From: Promethearchaeota archaeon | GTDB lineage: Archaea; Asgardarchaeota; Lokiarchaeia; Sigyniarchaeales; SOKP01 | Length of the DNA stretch: 64,000 nucleotides | Direction of reading: 5' to 3' | Assembly: GCA_013375475.1 (NCBI GenBank) | Contig: JABXKD010000002.1 | Coordinates: forward strand, 1 to 64,000 | Shown here: positions 8,911-18,449 of the stretch, one piece after another | Layout of the letters: every line of letters starts with the position of its first letter | Numbering within the stretch: position 1 is the stretch's first letter | The notes under the pieces: generated by a model | What the model was told of the DNA's origin: nothing | Seen by the model: the letters and a program-made list of their open reading frames with translations, nothing else | Databases searched by the model: none | Made by a program: the position numbers and the translations under genes

Positions 8911-9037
8911 TGTTTACTTCATTATTTTTTAGATTCTTTTTTTGTTGATGATTTTATTTATTTTAACAATCATTACAATAACTTTTTATATTCGACATTC
9001 AATTTATCTAATGTTTCAAAATCTCAAGATTAATATT

Positions 9038-10024
9038 ATGAAATATAGAGTTTTAGGAAAAACAGGATATAAAGTTTCAGAGATATCAATTGGAACATGG
9101 CAATTAGGAGGTAAATGGGGAGAACCATTCGATAAAGCTATAGCTCAAAATACATTATCTACAGCAGTTTCAAATGGAATCAATTTCTTTGATACTGCTG
9201 ATGTGTATAAAGAAGGCCAAAGCGAACAATTTTGTGGTAGTTTTTCAAAATCTGCTAATGAAAAAGTCTATGTTGCAACCAAATGTGGTAGACGATTAAA
9301 TCCTCATAATACTGAAGGATATAACGAGGAAAATATTAGAAAATTTGTTGATGATAGTTTAAAGAATATGGAAATTGAGACAATTGATTTACTTCAACTT
9401 CACTCTGCTCCAACAGCAGTATATTATAGACCAATGGTCTTTGATATTTTAGATTCCTTGAAAGATGAAGGGAAAATTCAAAATTATGGTGTAAGTGTGG
9501 AAAAAGTTGAAGAGGCATTAAAAGCTATTGAATTTCCAAATGTATCTACTGTACAAATTATTTTTAATGTATTTCGACAAAGGCCAAGCGAATTATTATT
9601 TGAGCAAGCTAAAAAGAAAAACATCGGCATTATTGTTCGTGTTCCATTAGCAAGTGGACTACTTACTGGAAAATTCACCAAGGATACTGTATTTAAAGAG
9701 GGAGATCATAGATATTTTAACAGGAATGGAGAAGCATTTGATAAAGGTGAGACATTTGCAGGAGTGGATTATGAAATAGGATTAAAAGCTGTTGAAGAAA
9801 TAAAGAAAGTCTTTGGAAATCCTGAAACTCTTGCTCCTTATGCATTACGTTGGATTTTGATGTTTGATGCTGTTTCTTGTATCATTCCGGGTGCAAGTCG
9901 GGTATCCCATGTTGAATCAAACATTCAAGCTTCAGATTTAGAGCCTTTATCAAATGATCAAATGGTTCAAATTCAAGAAATCTATGAAAAAAATATTAAA
10001 CAGACAGTGCATCATATCTGGTAA
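9038..10024 (+). CDS. Aldo/keto reductase
   Basis: Start corrected to MKYRVLGKTG; GINFFDTADVY, ATKCG, IDLLQLH, PLASGLLTGK, IPGAS motifs. Confidence 0.95.
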   Translation: MKYRVLGKTGYKVSEISIGTWQLGGKWGEPFDKAIAQNTLSTAVSNGINFFDTADVYKEGQSEQFCGSFSKSANEKVYVATKCGRRLNPHNTEGYNEENIRKFVDDSLKNMEIETIDLLQLHSAPTAVYYRPMVFDILDSLKDEGKIQNYGVSVEKVEEALKAIEFPNVSTVQIIFNVFRQRPSELLFEQAKKKNIGIIVRVPLASGLLTGKFTKDTVFKEGDHRYFNRNGEAFDKGETFAGVDYEIGLKAVEEIKKVFGNPETLAPYALRWILMFDAVSCIIPGASRVSHVESNIQASDLEPLSNDQMVQIQEIYEKNIKQTVHHIW

Positions 10025-10116
10025 ATAAAATTTCTTCTTTAATAATATTCGGCCCTTTTTTTCGATTTTCTATTGATAACTTTATAAAAAAAAAATTGAA
10101 AATTATTAGAGTCAAA

Positions 10117-10323
10117 TTATTCTCTAACTATTAAATATATAATACAACCGATACACCCAGACAATAATACGATTAATAACCATACAGCAGCATTCATATC
10201 CCTTTTCTTGGCGTCTTTGTATACCCATACGACCAATCCTATAGCAACAATCCAAAAAATGATAAAAAATATAATTATCCCTATCATTAAGGGTGTTATC
10301 ATTACAGTAGATTGAAAAATCAA
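10117..10323 (-). CDS. Small membrane protein (PLDc-N-terminal-like, WVYKDAKKR…W family)
   Basis: WVYKDAKKRDMNAAVWLLIVLLSGCIGCIIYLIVR. Confidence 0.75.
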   Translation of the reverse strand: MIFQSTVMITPLMIGIIIFFIIFWIVAIGLVVWVYKDAKKRDMNAAVWLLIVLLSGCIGCIIYLIVRE

Positions 10324-10528
10324 TATAATTTCCTCATTTAATATTCAATAAATATTATTCCTCTGAGTAAAAATATCCTAAATTATCTAAAAATTTTTTT
10401 TTTGAATTATTTTTAGGATAATCTAAGAATTTTTGAGACATTCTAACCACTTTTATTGAATTTTACACTTTTGTTAAAAAAAGAATCTTATAAATTTAAA
10501 TATTTCCACATAGGATTACTTAAAAAAA

Positions 10529-10592
10529 GGGTTTGTGTTTAGTGATAGACGATAGTGTTTCGAGATTGCAGGGTGGGAGTGTGTTCCAGATT
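10529..10592 (+). repeat. Dispersed intergenic repeat, boxes B+C
   Basis: GGGTTTGTGTTTAGTGATAGACGATAGTGTTTCGAGATTGCAGGGTGGGAGTGTGTTCCAGATT. Confidence 0.9.
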
Positions 10593-10682
10593 ATATTCAA
10601 TGATTGATTTCAATGAAAATTCTATGGAAAAAATTCTAATCAATTAAATTATGGAGATGTGAAAAAATACAGAAAAAGGTAA

Positions 10683-12170
10683 TTATTCTTGTCCTTTTCT
10701 TTTGCGTCTAATTAGCAGTATAGTTGCTATGCCTATTACTGCTATTCCACTTATAGTTGAAATTATAATAACCAATTCGAGAGGAAATATATCGATACAA
10801 GTATTATTTATGAAGATGTTTCCTTCACAATTTTCTTCTTTAATGCATTTACCATTTTCAATTAAACTATTTCCCGAAATTGTGTTGAAATCACTTGCAA
10901 TTAAATATATTCCGCTTAAACCGTTTTTATTTGCAGTGTTTCCAGTAATTATATTGTTGCTACTATAATGTAAAAACACTCCGCTGAACTGGTTTTTATT
11001 TGCTATGTTATCAGTAATATTGTTATGTTCACTATCATGTAAATATACCCCATATCCTCGATTATTATTAAGAATGTTTCCAGAAATAATATTAGTATCA
11101 CAGATCCAGGAACTGATGCCATCAAAATTATCGGATGCATTGTTTTTTGAAACAGTGTTATAATAACTAAATTCTAAATCGATTCCAGATTCGGAATTGC
11201 CGTCTACAGTATTCTCCCATATGTTGATAATATAGCTTTCACTTAAATAAATCCCATCATTATTATTATGGCTTGCTATATTTCCCGTGATGTTAATATT
11301 AGTGCAAGAAGATAACGTAATTCCTATGGATCCATAAGAAGTATTTAAGTTTTCAAGTGAAGATTCATGACAATCATACAATATAACTTGTCCAGCATTC
11401 GTGAAATTATCTGACCCTAGGTTTATTTTATCGTTATAATAATAAACAGGTTTTCCGTTCACCAGATTTGTAGAATCTGCATTTATACTATTTGATGATA
11501 GGTCTCCATATAAAATCATCCCACAGTCGTTCATTCTATTATTCGAAATTGTGATATTATTACAAATAAATATATCTATCCCATCTCGCCCCCAATACAA
11601 GCTATTATTAACAATAGTATTATTATTACTAAAGTATAAGAATATCCCGCTCTCAATGCTATAAGTTGCGGTATTTTCTGAAATGGTGTTATTATTACTA
11701 TAACTTAATCTTATCCCGATATAGTGAGATGAACAATTATTTTTGATTAATTGGGAATTGTTAATATTATGCAACTTGATTCCCGCATCTGATCCCATTG
11801 GACCCGAATTATAGACAGTACAGTTTTCAATTTTAAAAAAAACATTGGAATTTTCAATCAGGATGCAACTTCCCGAACCTCCACCGTCAATTACTAAGTC
11901 TTCTATAATATAAGGCTCGGAATATGTTCCGTTTCCCGTGCAGATTCCCGCAGTCTTCGCAGCAGTCCAATTATTATCAATATGAATTTTTCCTGAAACT
12001 GTTGAGATTTTCAAATTTTTATCATCTGAATTGGTATCATCGCTGAAATCTGGACTTTTGTTGCTATTATCAGTAGTAAAACTAAGCTTAGTACTAACAA
12101 TTGGGAATAAAGCGAAAATGACTCCTAAAGTTATGAGAATTATTATTTTTGATTTTCGATTTGATTTCAT
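10683..12170 (-). CDS. Membrane-anchored right-handed parallel beta-helix (NosD/pectin-lyase-like) surface protein
   Basis: Signal/TM at N-terminus; many GIxLxxSxNNTIxxN repeats; C-terminal TM + RRKRK. Confidence 0.9.
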   Translation of the reverse strand: MKSNRKSKIIILITLGVIFALFPIVSTKLSFTTDNSNKSPDFSDDTNSDDKNLKISTVSGKIHIDNNWTAAKTAGICTGNGTYSEPYIIEDLVIDGGGSGSCILIENSNVFFKIENCTVYNSGPMGSDAGIKLHNINNSQLIKNNCSSHYIGIRLSYSNNNTISENTATYSIESGIFLYFSNNNTIVNNSLYWGRDGIDIFICNNITISNNRMNDCGMILYGDLSSNSINADSTNLVNGKPVYYYNDKINLGSDNFTNAGQVILYDCHESSLENLNTSYGSIGITLSSCTNINITGNIASHNNNDGIYLSESYIINIWENTVDGNSESGIDLEFSYYNTVSKNNASDNFDGISSWICDTNIISGNILNNNRGYGVYLHDSEHNNITDNIANKNQFSGVFLHYSSNNIITGNTANKNGLSGIYLIASDFNTISGNSLIENGKCIKEENCEGNIFINNTCIDIFPLELVIIISTISGIAVIGIATILLIRRKRKGQE

Positions 12171-12279
12171 TCTGATTTTATTAAAATTTTTAAGAGTATC
12201 GCTAACGAAGTAAGCTAATAAAATATTTAAGAGTAGACTTTTCGTTTTACAAATTTTTTAATTTTCTTATTAAGATTTA

Positions 12280-12320
12280 GGTTTGTGTTGAGTGGCGACG
12301 ATACGATCCTACTCCGAAAT
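12280..12320 (+). repeat. Dispersed intergenic repeat, box B plus degenerate start of box C
   Basis: GGTTTGTGTTGAGTGGCGACGATACGATCCTACTCCGAAAT. Confidence 0.8.
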
Positions 12321-12406
12321 CTTTTAAGATAATTTAGTATTTATAAAATAGGAAAAAAAAAGATACCGTTATTTCTGCTTTAATATTGCATTTATTCAAT
12401 ACAATT

Positions 12407-12904
12407 TTAAGGGAGATATGTTTGAATTAACAATGTACTCTCATCAATCGCATTATTCAGGAAGTTCCCCTGTATGCTTATAGTCGCATTATGAAATCCT
12501 GGTAAAATTGTATCTGTAGCCATTTGAAGTGTAACCGACCCACTCATTTCTTGATGATTACTTGAAAATTCTGTTTCTGGAGAAACAGGACTCGATATTA
12601 CATACCCATCGAGTACAAATTTGAATATAATTGTAGCCACTCCAATTTCGACTAATGTAGCATGAGTATTAAAAAGACCATACACCGATTCTCCTGATTT
12701 TACCGTAAAATTAATTGTAATTGCGTTGATATGAATATCTGTGTAAGTTGGATTTGTGAAATGGACTCCTGAATCATATACAAACCAGGTTTTCTGAATA
12801 CCACTATTTTGTTCCGGAGGGAGAGTTAGAGAAATTACTCCTAACACTAAACCAGATAATCCAATAATAAGGGCAAAGAATACTAATCCCTTTCCTTTTC
12901 CCAC
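12407..12904 (-). CDS. Hypothetical exported beta-rich protein with N-terminal TM
   Basis: GTG start with SD GAGGTGA; N-terminal hydrophobic helix. Confidence 0.75.
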   Translation of the reverse strand: MGKGKGLVFFALIIGLSGLVLGVISLTLPPEQNSGIQKTWFVYDSGVHFTNPTYTDIHINAITINFTVKSGESVYGLFNTHATLVEIGVATIIFKFVLDGYVISSPVSPETEFSSNHQEMSGSVTLQMATDTILPGFHNATISIQGNFLNNAIDESTLLIQTYLP

Positions 12905-13329
12905 AATAGATCACCTCTTTAATTTTGTTTTATTATATTTATTTTTGTATCTTTTTAATTATCTTCCACATCTGATATATTATAAATTTTCTTGTATATC
13001 TGTGGAACAATTTTTCATCAAACTCATTGGTTTAATTATAGGGATTTTTATACATTCTGTATTTGCCAATCTATTTGACACATTAATCCCGTGAAAAAAG
13101 TAAATTGAAATGAATTAGAAAAGGCTAAAAAGAAGTTATTACTATCTTATTAGATTATAAAGATATGTTTTAAATTTAACTAAGTTTTTAATTTTCAATT
13201 CGCACCTTACGAGTTTTATGCGAAGCATATTCCGATTTCTACTTCGAATAACAAGAGCATTTCTTTACGTTTACAGTAAATCGGATTTATAATATTAATT
13301 AGCTTAAAAAATTAAAGAGCAGAATAAAT

Positions 13330-13722
13330 ATGCCTAAAATGAAAAAAAAACAGCAAAAAAAGGGACGGAGGAGTTACACTCCTAATCCAACTCCGACAGT
13401 GTCGAGAGTTAAAATGCCATATAGAAAGAACGGAGAGATGTTTGCGCGGGTTACTGACATTTATGGTCAAGAGCGGATGGGTGTCTATTGTGAGGATGGA
13501 AAACACCGTAATGGAAGAATCCGGGGAAAAATCAAAAAACGAGTGTGGGTAAGAAAAGGAGATTTAGTCATAATTAATCCTTGGGAATTTGAAACGGCAG
13601 TTGATGGTAAACCAGAGAAATGCGAAATCTCTTGGAGATATTTACGACATGAAGTTTCTTATTTAGAACGAAATAGAAGAATTCCTAAATCTTTAGAAAT
13701 TAATAACATTCCTCTCCTCTAA
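13330..13722 (+). CDS. eif1a: Archaeal translation initiation factor 1A
   Basis: GEMFARVTDIYG..CEDGKHRNGRIRGKIKKRVWVRKGDLVII.PW OB-fold signature. Confidence 0.93.
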   Translation: MPKMKKKQQKKGRRSYTPNPTPTVSRVKMPYRKNGEMFARVTDIYGQERMGVYCEDGKHRNGRIRGKIKKRVWVRKGDLVIINPWEFETAVDGKPEKCEISWRYLRHEVSYLERNRRIPKSLEINNIPLL

Positions 13723-13856
13723 AATTTTTTTTTTTCAAGAAATAAAAAAAGATAAGATTCGATAACAATCGCAGAACAAATTCTTACTAATTACTACCTA
13801 CTACTTACTATATATTAAATATTATTATATTTTATTGATTTGTAACAAAAAGAAGT

Positions 13857-14099
13857 CTAATATCGAAAATCTCGAACTTGCGCAGGAGCGGCTTCTGTTA
13901 CTACTACATTACTCGCAGCAGGACCCTTATCACCTTGAGTGATTTCAAATTCTACTTTATCTTCTTCGTTTAGTGTAGCAAATTCATCATTCTCTTTAAC
14001 AATAGCAGTGTGATGAACGAATACATCTCCTTCTTCTTCAGTTGCAATAAATCCATAACCTTTACGGTTATTAAACCATTTAACTGTACCTATAGTCAA
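13857..14099 (-). CDS. cspA: Cold-shock domain protein
   Basis: GTVKWFN..KGYGFI (RNP1), DVFVHH (RNP2), [10 protein letters not shown]. Confidence 0.95.
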   Translation of the reverse strand: MTIGTVKWFNNRKGYGFIATEEEGDVFVHHTAIVKENDEFATLNEEDKVEFEITQGDKGPAASNVVVTEAAPAQVRDFRY

Positions 14100-14260
14100 T
14101 TTTAAAACCAGTTTTCATATAAATTGTTTTTTTTTTATCAGTTCATACTGAACTATTTAAGAAAATTAATGATGATGTAAATAGTTTACTCCCAGAAATT
14201 GTAAATTGACTTATAATTTTTCTATTTATTACCATTCTCCTTTAATGCAAAATTATAATT

Positions 14261-14297
14261 TGTTTCGAGATTAAAGGGTAGGGTTCTGTTCCTGATT
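14261..14297 (+). repeat. Dispersed intergenic repeat, box C only
   Basis: TGTTTCGAGATTAAAGGGTAGGGTTCTGTTCCTGATT. Confidence 0.8.
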
Positions 14298-14485
14298 CTA
14301 GTTTCCCTTTTTTTTGGAGAACTATATAAATAACATTAGGTTAAATTATTCATGCTTTTTTCTGAAGGAGTCACACTTGGTTAATTATTTAAGAATTTTT
14401 GTTTCTAATCTAATACTTAGACTTAATTGTATATTGCTCAATAAATAAATTTTTTATTATTTATTTTACTTCCCCAGTTGATTTC

Positions 14486-14704
14486 TTAAATACCTTTTCT
14501 AGTGATTCCAATTATCGTGTTACATTGAGAACATACACTCACATCTAAAGAGACATCTGCTGTTTTTTGAGAGTGTATATAAATTGGAGATTTTATTCGC
14601 ATTGTCAGAAGGTTATTAGTTCTTAAAAGACCCCTTTCATCTTTTTCGATGTGCATTTCACTCTTGCAGTGAGGGCAAACCATCGAACTAGCAGGTTTAA
14701 ACAT
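14486..14704 (-). CDS. Small zinc-finger protein
   Basis: CPHC…CSQC pairs. Confidence 0.7.
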   Translation of the reverse strand: MFKPASSMVCPHCKSEMHIEKDERGLLRTNNLLTMRIKSPIYIHSQKTADVSLDVSVCSQCNTIIGITRKGI

Positions 14705-14987
14705 ACTTTTTAATCACTTTTTATTACATTTTTGTTGAGAGTTAGAATAAGTGATCCCTAAATATAATAAAAATATACCGTTCATAAAAATTAAATAATT
14801 GGAAACGGTACCTTCTCAGAATGATCAAAAAAAAGATTTAATAAGAAGCTGACATGCTCTAAAGTCTTAAGAACGCTTAAAAAATAAAATTTCTAGGTAA
14901 TATTTTTGATAATTAGATTCTGATACCGAGACTTATTTCTCTCTTATAGATTTTATCAATCTAATCGCTTAAATTGAAAATTAGCAA

Positions 14988-15449
14988 CTATACTTTATGT
15001 CTTAGGTATATTGCTTGTAATCTAAAGGCTTGATAAATATGACCGATTGTGTGATGTATTATGAATCCAAACCAATCTTCGTACGTCATTTCTCTCCCAA
15101 AAGGCGATTCAAACGTTTCTTTAAGATCCTCTTCTGTATATTTAACCCTAACTTCTACATAGGCTTCAATTGCTTTACTAAATAAATCTAATAATTGCTC
15201 GTGTAAAGGTGCGGTGGATTCAGGATCTAACTTAATTGTTATTTCTGTACTACTTGCATTAGGATTATCCATTTTTTTCATCGCCATATATAATGTACTG
15301 ATAGAGTGTATAAATAAATATTGAGCGGTTTTTTCGCGTTTAAATAACGGAGTGTTCATGGATTCCTCAAAATGATTATCCTTTCGCTTTTCAAACAAAC
15401 TTTTAGCGTAATCATATACAAACTTCAGAGATTTGATACTTTCTGGCAT
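14988..15449 (-). CDS. DinB/YfiT-like four-helix protein
   Basis: N-terminal His (LFIH) and HHTIGHIYQ motif. Confidence 0.75.
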   Translation of the reverse strand: MPESIKSLKFVYDYAKSLFEKRKDNHFEESMNTPLFKREKTAQYLFIHSISTLYMAMKKMDNPNASSTEITIKLDPESTAPLHEQLLDLFSKAIEAYVEVRVKYTEEDLKETFESPFGREMTYEDWFGFIIHHTIGHIYQAFRLQAIYLRHKV

Positions 15450-15503
15450 AATTTTTAATATAGGATGTTAAGTAAATAAATTTTTTGGTATAAATGACTA
15501 TTA

Positions 15504-15527
15504 GGTAGTGGGAGTGCGGCCTAGATT
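15504..15527 (+). repeat. Degenerate box C remnant of the dispersed repeat
   Basis: GGTAGTGGGAGTGCGGCCTAGATT vs consensus GGGTGGGAGTGTGTTCCAGATT. Confidence 0.4.
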
Positions 15528-17061
15528 ATTTTTTTCTTTTGTCTATCTCTAGGTCGATGGACACAACAACATTCCTATCAATTTCTGGATTATACTGGCT
15601 CAAACAGGTTATTCCAACTACGTCTCGAGACTCTAGAATTGCTATTAGGTTAGGATCAGTAACAATTGCTACCGCCCGTTGCCCATTGACATGCGTACCA
15701 ACTAGAACTCCTCTTTTTGGTTGCTCTGATCGATCGTAGATAATAGAATATCCGTCAATAGTAAGCGTACCGTTCGCTTGTTCAATTGGTTCAGGTAATG
15801 TTTGTGCTAAAATAGATTCTTGGATTTTGGAATCATCTCGAACACCCCAATCTTCCTTTGGTGGTTTAGATCCATAGATTCCAATTGATTGTTTAGTGTT
15901 ATACCCTCCATTAGCTATAACCATTATTTTCAGTGAAGGATCGGAGCGTATTAATTCAACAGTGTTGATAATTGCATGTAACGAATAATTACTTAAGGGA
16001 GAGCCAAAATATGGAAGACCTCCTGTAACTGTTAAGTCGCGAGGATCACCCTCTTTAATTCCAAGTTCTTTAATAAAGATTTCTACAATTGAAGGAAAAC
16101 AACTATATAAGTCAAATTTATCAATATCACTTAGTTCTAGGCCCGCTTGTTCCAAAGCTATTCGAGAACCCTCTTTTATTGCAGGGGAACTATCAAGTCT
16201 TGGACGACGATAAATCTGGTTTATATTTTTTAAATCTACTCCTCCCATTATATATATCCAATGTTTTTTATCAATATTAAGTGATTTAGCAATGGCTTCA
16301 CTTGTAAGTATAATTGTTCCCGCTTGATCAACAAAATTATTGGCGCACATACGTTTGGTGTAGGGATATACGACACGACGATTTTCAGGATAAGGAGTCG
16401 CAATTTCTTTAGCACTAAGATATTTTTGAGACCAGCTTAAAGGGTTTTTTGAAGCTACCTTAGAAAAGCGTTCCATTAGTTCTCCCATGTATTCATTATG
16501 CTCCTCAATACTGCGACCAGATGAAGCTCTTAGGGCTGTTTCGAATATTGCGTAAGTAAGTGATGGAAAATATAAGCTATATTTCTTATCAATTTCAGTG
16601 ATATCCCAATTCTCCCCATACATATATTTTGGTGGTTTTTTCTTCGGCCAATGTTTAGGACGCAAACCTTTGAATAGCTTATTAATAGAGTAAGCTGCCT
16701 CTCCACCCGTAATAAGGATACAACGGTGCTTTCCAGAAACTATAGCTTTTACAGCTCGATTAACCAACATTTGAGGACTTTGACCACCATCGGGTAAATA
16801 GATTTTTTCTTTAGGCTGGATATTGAGCTTTTTAGCAAGTTCACCAGGAGCGTCTTCGTATGACCAAGAGCTGATATTTACCATATAAATAGCATCAATA
16901 AAATTGATGATCCTTCTAGCATGTGTGCTTTTTATTGCGTCTTGACCAGTTTTGACCATTAAACTGAGTGAATCAAGAGGTTGAGGGGTACCTTTACGTT
17001 GAGTAAACTGTGCAGCTCCGATTATAATTGGAATATATTTTTTCCCCATGATATGTAACAA
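15526..17061 (-). CDS. Thiolase-like protein (acetyl-CoA acetyltransferase, TLP-type)
   Basis: GGQSPQMLVN, ITGGEA, FDLYSCFP, LTVTGGLPYFG, ANGG motifs. Confidence 0.88.
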   Translation of the reverse strand: MLHIMGKKYIPIIIGAAQFTQRKGTPQPLDSLSLMVKTGQDAIKSTHARRIINFIDAIYMVNISSWSYEDAPGELAKKLNIQPKEKIYLPDGGQSPQMLVNRAVKAIVSGKHRCILITGGEAAYSINKLFKGLRPKHWPKKKPPKYMYGENWDITEIDKKYSLYFPSLTYAIFETALRASSGRSIEEHNEYMGELMERFSKVASKNPLSWSQKYLSAKEIATPYPENRRVVYPYTKRMCANNFVDQAGTIILTSEAIAKSLNIDKKHWIYIMGGVDLKNINQIYRRPRLDSSPAIKEGSRIALEQAGLELSDIDKFDLYSCFPSIVEIFIKELGIKEGDPRDLTVTGGLPYFGSPLSNYSLHAIINTVELIRSDPSLKIMVIANGGYNTKQSIGIYGSKPPKEDWGVRDDSKIQESILAQTLPEPIEQANGTLTIDGYSIIYDRSEQPKRGVLVGTHVNGQRAVAIVTDPNLIAILESRDVVGITCLSQYNPEIDRNVVVSIDLEIDKRKK

Positions 17062-17232
17062 TCTTCCTAATGTTAGAGTAAATTTTTTATTTTTATTAAA
17101 AATTGGTTAATTTTGGTCATTTCTCTGAACAAAATAAATTAATGACAAAAATTTAAATATCAAATTAACCGTTTAATTCTTGGCGGATATTTTTATCAAT
17201 CCGTGGCGAATTACATATTGAAGTGAAATCTA

Positions 17233-18198
17233 TTGGACGACTCATTATTATTTCGTGAAGAGGAAGGAGATTCTAAAGAAAAAACCTATAAAATTTTGTT
17301 CACAGGTTTGGATGGAGCAGGTAAAACAAGTATAATTTTAGCTTTACAGAGAGAATTTTCAAAAATTGCGTTAGTTGAACCAACGAGGGGTGCTGAAAGG
17401 GACACTTTTAAATTGTTGGGAAGTGAAATTACCGAATGGGATTTAGGAGGTCAAGAAAGTTATCGTGAATCCTACTTAAAAAACCCCGGCAAATATTTCG
17501 ATGAAACAGAAATTGCCATCTATGTTATTGATGTATTAGATGATTCTCGCTTCAAAGAATCTTTAGGTTATCTATATGAAGTCGTTGATAAATTCAAAGA
17601 ATTGAAAATTGAGCCCCTGATTGGTATTTTCTTTCATAAATACGATCCTAAATTAATTCATACCGTTGAAAAACAAATAAAATCCGAAATACTCGCATTA
17701 AACAAAGATATTGTTCATAAGTTGAATTACGAAAAGCTTCAATTCTTTAGAACATCTATATATAATCCTTATAATATCATGAATGCAATGTCTAAAATGT
17801 TACTTAACTTAATTCCAAAAGCAGAGTTATTACAAAAAACGATTGAAAATTTTGCGAGTAAATTAGATTGCGATGGCTTAATCATTACTGACAAAAATTC
17901 GATTATCTTAGGTTCTCGCTTTAGAGATGATGAGTCTAAAAAGCTTTTGAGTAGCACCATAGCGTATTTTTTAACGCTTAACGATGTTTTTGAAGATATG
18001 GAAGTTGACCAACAAGAAGATCAAATAGTTGTCAAAAAAATGGGAAAATATTTCTTGTTCAAACCGATCACTTTAATAACAACCAAGCTACCCTACTATA
18101 TGCTTGTATTAAAGAGCCACGATCCGTCAGGGATCAATTCACTTAACAAAGATTTTAACGCATTTGCTCATATATTCAACGATCTTGTAAATGGTTAA
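17233..18198 (+). CDS. Arf/Rag-like small GTPase with C-terminal roadblock/longin-like domain
   Basis: G1 GLDGAGKT, G2 PT, G3 WDLGGQ, G4 HKYD, G5 TSIY; C-terminal ~125-aa domain. Confidence 0.9.
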   Translation: MDDSLLFREEEGDSKEKTYKILFTGLDGAGKTSIILALQREFSKIALVEPTRGAERDTFKLLGSEITEWDLGGQESYRESYLKNPGKYFDETEIAIYVIDVLDDSRFKESLGYLYEVVDKFKELKIEPLIGIFFHKYDPKLIHTVEKQIKSEILALNKDIVHKLNYEKLQFFRTSIYNPYNIMNAMSKMLLNLIPKAELLQKTIENFASKLDCDGLIITDKNSIILGSRFRDDESKKLLSSTIAYFLTLNDVFEDMEVDQQEDQIVVKKMGKYFLFKPITLITTKLPYYMLVLKSHDPSGINSLNKDFNAFAHIFNDLVNG

Positions 18199-18449
18199 AT
18201 CTTTTTGTGAAAAGGAAAACAATTAAAACCGTGTAAATACTGTTTAATTCACAAATAATATTCTTTCGTGAGATAATTGGAAGAATTGTATTAATCTTCA
18301 CTTTATAGCTACCTTAAAATTTTAACTTCAAATTAAGTATTGAGAGCATTTAACACTTTGCTTCAAAAATAATAAGAAATAAGAATTAATAAAAAAAATT
18401 AGATTGATATTTTTCCATTCGAAAACTTTTAACGCTCCTTATTTGTAGA

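Noticed and set aside
8942-9037. Hydrophobic N-terminal extension of the aldo/keto reductase
   Set aside because: AT-rich upstream sequence read from a TTG; the family-typical start is MKYRVLGKTG at 9038.
10556-10592. Box C (TTTCGAGATTGAA + G-rich run) as an ORB origin element
   Set aside because: Superficially similar to ORB + G-string, but the core spacing differs (6 vs 5 nt between TTC and GAA), and copies are spread over 15 kb far from cdc6.
256-15527. Dispersed repeats as a CRISPR array
   Set aside because: Copies are degenerate, variable in length and separated by 0.3-5 kb of genes rather than 30-45-nt spacers; no cas genes in the window.
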